A stretch of DNA of 64,000 nucleotides, taken from the NCBI GenBank assembly GCA_030295235.1, contig AP026131.1, positions 496,001 through 560,000 of the forward strand, given 5' to 3'. This document shows positions 59,990 through 64,000 of this stretch, in pieces; the stretch's first letter is position 1, and every line of letters begins with the position of its first letter. This stretch comes from Fistulifera solaris (Eukaryota). Position numbers and translations under genes: made by a program. Under the pieces are notes generated by a model, which was given only the letters and a program-made list of their open reading frames with translations, did no database searches and was not told the DNA's origin.

Positions 59990-62900
59990 TGCGGGCGGCA
60001 ATGCGACAACAGACTTCTGGTAGAGCTGAATTGGACTCGCACTGTGATACTTGCTCGTTCGGTAAAGACGCCGGTTCTCGTGTATGATACCGGCGAAACA
60101 GTTTCGGTGGAACCATTCATTAGTTCTCTTGGGAAAGTGACCAAAGTTCCCATTGGTACAGTTGCGGTTGCATACGATTGCCCCACGACGCTGCAAACCC
60201 ACGTTTTGTTCTTTCACCAGTCACTCTACTTTTCAAACATGCATCGACACTTGATCAGCCCCGCTCAAATTCGGCACAACCAAGTTGTTGTGAATGAAAC
60301 TCCTCTCCTACACCTACCTCCGGAACAACGTCGCCCGGAGAGCCATTCTATTTTGTTTTCTGAGCCAGCTCTCCAGATTCCTTTGAAACTGATGGGGACT
60401 ATTTCATATTTCCCCACTCGCCGACCGACCGACAAAGAACTGAGCTCGGACGTTGACTGCATCCATGTAAACGTCACCTCCGAAGTCGTTCTGGGATCCT
60501 ATGGATTCTAACCACGCGCATGATGAGGACTCATTGCGTGTTTCCCTTGACTCTGAGCTTCGTTTAGGGGGACAGAGGATGCTTGGTTCGGTTACGAGTG
60601 AGCGACGCTTGTCCCGCCAGCTCGTTCGATTGCTGTGATTTCAGCTGAGCGGTTCGGCAGCTTTTGACATCGATTCGTATGCTGCTTCGCTTACAAGTGC
60701 CGCAATCTCAACGAAGAACCGGAAAGCATATGTCACACCCGAAGATTTGGCAAAATGATGGAGTATAGGGATCGAGACGGCTAGGGCGAACGCCTCCAGC
60801 GAACGACGCAACGGGCAATTCGGGACTTCTCGACAGTCTCTGGAACGCCGTCTCAAACCATTTGGGCGTACCAGCTGCGTTATCCTCGGCTTAATACGGA
60901 GATGTACTGCGACATTCTGGTCGGTACATGTGTCTCACTGCTGGGTAACAAATATGCGGCTGTGTATTGCACCCCCTTTCACTGGATATGTGTGGACCCG
61001 ATTGAAAAGAAAAGCGATGCCCATTACACGCTTGACAACTTGTTTCGTCGCTACCGGAGTCCCTCACACTTTAATTCCAGACAATGCCGGAGAGTTGACA
61101 GCAGGAGAGTTTAAGCGAAAGGCTTAACGAGTGCAAGCGACCATTAGGCCGATCGAAGCACACGCCCAACGCCAACCCTCGCTGAAGACGGCATTCGTGA
61201 ATTGAAAAGGATGTATAGGCGTGCTATGATTCGCACGAATTCCCCACGTTGTCTATGGGACCTATGTTTGGTCTACCACGCTGTATGTTCGGAGCCACTC
61301 TTGTCTTTCGATAAGACAGTTAGATGGTGAAGTGCCGTAGACGCTTTTGACAGGGGACACCGCTGATATTTCACACATTTGTGAGTTCGGTTGGTATGAT
61401 TGGGTTTGGTTTATCTCACCAAGACGAAAATATGGAAAGGAAGCATCTTGGAAGATACCTTGGTCCCAGTTTCGATGTCGGTGATGTCCTATGTGCTAGG
61501 ATCCTACCCGCTTCTGGTCGACCGATTTCCCGTACAAGTGTTTTCCCTTTGTCAGTTGAGGAACAGAATAGCCAAGCCGTTGCTGAGTTGAAGGCAAAGT
61601 TCACGCAGACGTTGGAGCAAAAGCTGAAGGACCGAGCCATGCCCTTGGATCCGACCGAGATACCGGAAGACGAAAGCACCCCAGAGTTGGAATACTATGT
61701 TCCGACCGAGTCGCATGATCCCGAAGTTCCCGAGATAAAGGAAGCTGATGAGTTTGATTACGATTCATACAATCAATATGTCTCAGCAAGGGTAATGCTT
61801 CCGCAAGGGGACTCGATGTCGTGACGGTATGGTTAAAGGTCGGAAGCACGATCAAGACGGGAATCCTATTGGCCGGTACCATCCTAACCCTTTGCTCGAC
61901 ACCGCTCTGTATGAGATTGAATTTGATACGGGTGAAGTGGAGGCTTATCATGCGAATCAGATCGCTGAAGCCATCTATGCCGAAGTCGATGACCATGGGC
62001 GCGAGTTATGTCCTAAAGGAAATAGTGGACTACAAGAAAGAGTCGACGCGGTTCCGCATGAAGAGGCATTCGTGATCCACAACAACCGAAAGTATCCTAA
62101 GCGGACTACCAAGGGATGGAAACTGTGTTGTCTATGGAATGATGGCACTACTACTTGGGAGAAACTGAAAGACCTAAAGCAGTCTCACCCTTTACAGTTA
62201 GCGGAATTTGCTGTTGCGAGACAGATTGCTGAGGAGCCTGCTTTCTCATGGTGGGTTCCCTACACGCTCAAGAAAAGGACCAGGATTATTAAAGCGATGG
62301 CTAAGCGCTACTTTCGTGTTACTCAGAATATGGGATCGCATTGCCAAAGACAGTCGAAGAAGCATTGGCGATTGATCGCGCTACGGAACTGACTTTTGGG
62401 CAAAAGCGATTGAGAAGAGATGCGTCGCGGTAGCTAAGGCGTTTCAGATCCTTGATGAAGACGCTCCCAATCCTGCTGGTTTTACCAAGATTGGGGTTCA
62501 CATGGTTTTCGATATAAAACCAGATTTCACACGGAAGGCCCGCCTCGTAGCAGGGGGGACACATGACGGATCCGCCGAGCTCGATTACCTATGCTACTGT
62601 TGTATCGAGAGAAAGCGCGGATTGCCTTCCTACTTCGCGGCATTGAACGATTTGGACATTATGGCGGCAGATATTGGAAATGCGTACTTGAATGCACCAG
62701 TTCGAGAACGAATCTTTATTATTTGCGGTGCCGAATTTGGTCCACAGTTCAAAGGTCGAAAAGCGAAAATCGTGAAAGCTCTTTACGGACTGAAGAGTTC
62801 TGGAGCTGCGTGGAGGTCATATCTGAGTGAGTGTTTGCATGAGTCGTTGAGTTTTACACCTTGTCGAGCGGATAACGATGTATGGATACGGCCGGCACAG

Positions 62901-64000
62901 AAAGCCGGATGGGACTAGTTACTACGAGTTGGTATTGGTCTATACGGATGACATCCTGTGTGTTTCTGTGGCGCCGGAAGCTATTCTATACAAGCTTGAT
63001 CAACACTTTCTTCTGAAAGAAGGTTCGATAGGCAAGCCAACTCGCTACTTGGGTTCGACGATTGGTCAGCATCAATTCCCGGGTGATGAAAAGCCTTGTT
63101 GGTCGATGAGTTCGAATGAATATGTGAAGGAAGCAATACGAACGTTTGTCTTTGGTTGGAAAAGCGAGATGAGGCTTTACCAAAGAAGGCGTCAAGTGTT
63201 TTACCACCGAAGTACCGTCCGGAGCTTGACATATCGCCGGAGTGCGATGACGACGAAATCCAGTTTTATCACTCGCAAATAGGGGTTTTACGGCTGGATG
63301 GTCGAGCTTGGAAGAGTTGATATTTGTGGTGAAGTTTCGATGCTTGCGTCTCACAGTGCGATGCCAAGGAAAGGCCATCTAGCTGCGGTTGTGCATGTCT
63401 TTGCATATTTGAAGTCACATGAAAGGTCTAAGATTGTGTTCGATCCTTCGTATGTCGAGCACGCCAGACAACCTAGACCTGATTGGAATGACTTTTACCG
63501 AGATGCTAAGCCTATGATTCCAACGGATTGTCCAAAGCCATTGGGTAAGCCTGTGCAAATAACGTGTTTCGTTGATGCTGACTTGGCGGGTGACCATGTT
63601 ACTCGTCGTTCCCGTACAGGTGTCTTGGTCTATTTGAACAGGTCATTGACAGTATGGTACAGCAAGAAGCAAACTTCGATTGAGACGTCGACATTTGGTG
63701 CTGAGTTTAGTGCTATGAAAACGGGCGGTCGAGTTAATCGAAGGTCTACGGTACAAACTACAGATGATGGGTGTGCCGGTAGAGGATCCTGCGGTTGTCA
63801 AAGGTGACAATATGTCGGTGATCAAGAACTCGAGTATTCCTGAATCAGTTCTGAAGAAGAAGTCCAATTCGGTGGCATATCACTATGCGTGGCCGAGTTG
63901 CGATGGGTATTGTTGATGTATCCTACGAGCCTCACGAAGACGAATTTGGCAGATATTCTGACGAAGATTCAAGCTGGGAATGTACGAGATCCACTGGTGA
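59990..64000 (+). CDS. pol: Retrotransposon pol (PR-INT-chromo-like-RT-RNase H), multiply frameshifted as assembled and truncated by the window
   Basis: Motifs as listed for the element, distributed over more than 10 ORF fragments in all three frames. Confidence 0.85.

Larger units (their letters stand above)
57585..64000 (+). mobile_element. Ty1/copia LTR retrotransposon of the diatom CoDi type; 3' end lies beyond the window
   Basis: Order gag-PR-INT-RT-RH: PR AELDSHCDT; INT (IPDNA, AEDGIRELK, GRYLGPS); RT VFDIKPDFTRKARLVAGG, DIGNAYLNA, KALYGLKSSGAAW, YTDDIL; RH FVDADLAGD..TRRSRTG, ETSTFGAEF. Confidence 0.96.

Overview
Eukaryotic nuclear DNA from a compact, gene-dense genome, most likely a pennate diatom. 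The evidence is short GT-AG introns (about 65-170 bp), several bipartite signal peptide + F/W transit-peptide (plastid) leaders, a CoDi-type Ty1/copia element and diatom-style LRR and secretory-kinase families. About 28 protein genes are readable. They include COQ5 (partial), a P-loop kinase, a Cys-only Rieske-like protein, MAK11/PAK1IP1-like WD40, cyanate lyase, XPF/ERCC4, a tandem-PH protein, a PHT4-like MFS transporter, UBC6/UBE2J, an Xpt-domain fusion, an actobindin-like multi-WH2 protein, a PKDCC/POMK-like kinase, a ChrR cupin, an LRR protein, SERINC, IFRD, MPP-beta, FKBP and a cis-prenyltransferase. Many conserved genes are broken by single-base indels in homopolymers, which points to long-read consensus error rather than pseudogenisation. 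The non-genic structure is rich: an interrelated set of tandem repeats (34, 52, 68, 212, 229 and 236 bp units), a fold-back MITE, Helitron-like termini and a dispersed palindrome. The most striking candidate system is at 41.4-45.5 kb. There a 229-bp satellite and palindromic 52/68-bp arrays lead directly into an intronless 474-aa ORF that appears to fuse a WRKY/FAR1-like Zn-finger to a 2OG-Fe(II) dioxygenase and ends in an NLS. Homologous 236-bp and 52-bp arrays without this ORF lie at 20-26 kb. All domain calls are from reading motifs by eye; no searches were run.
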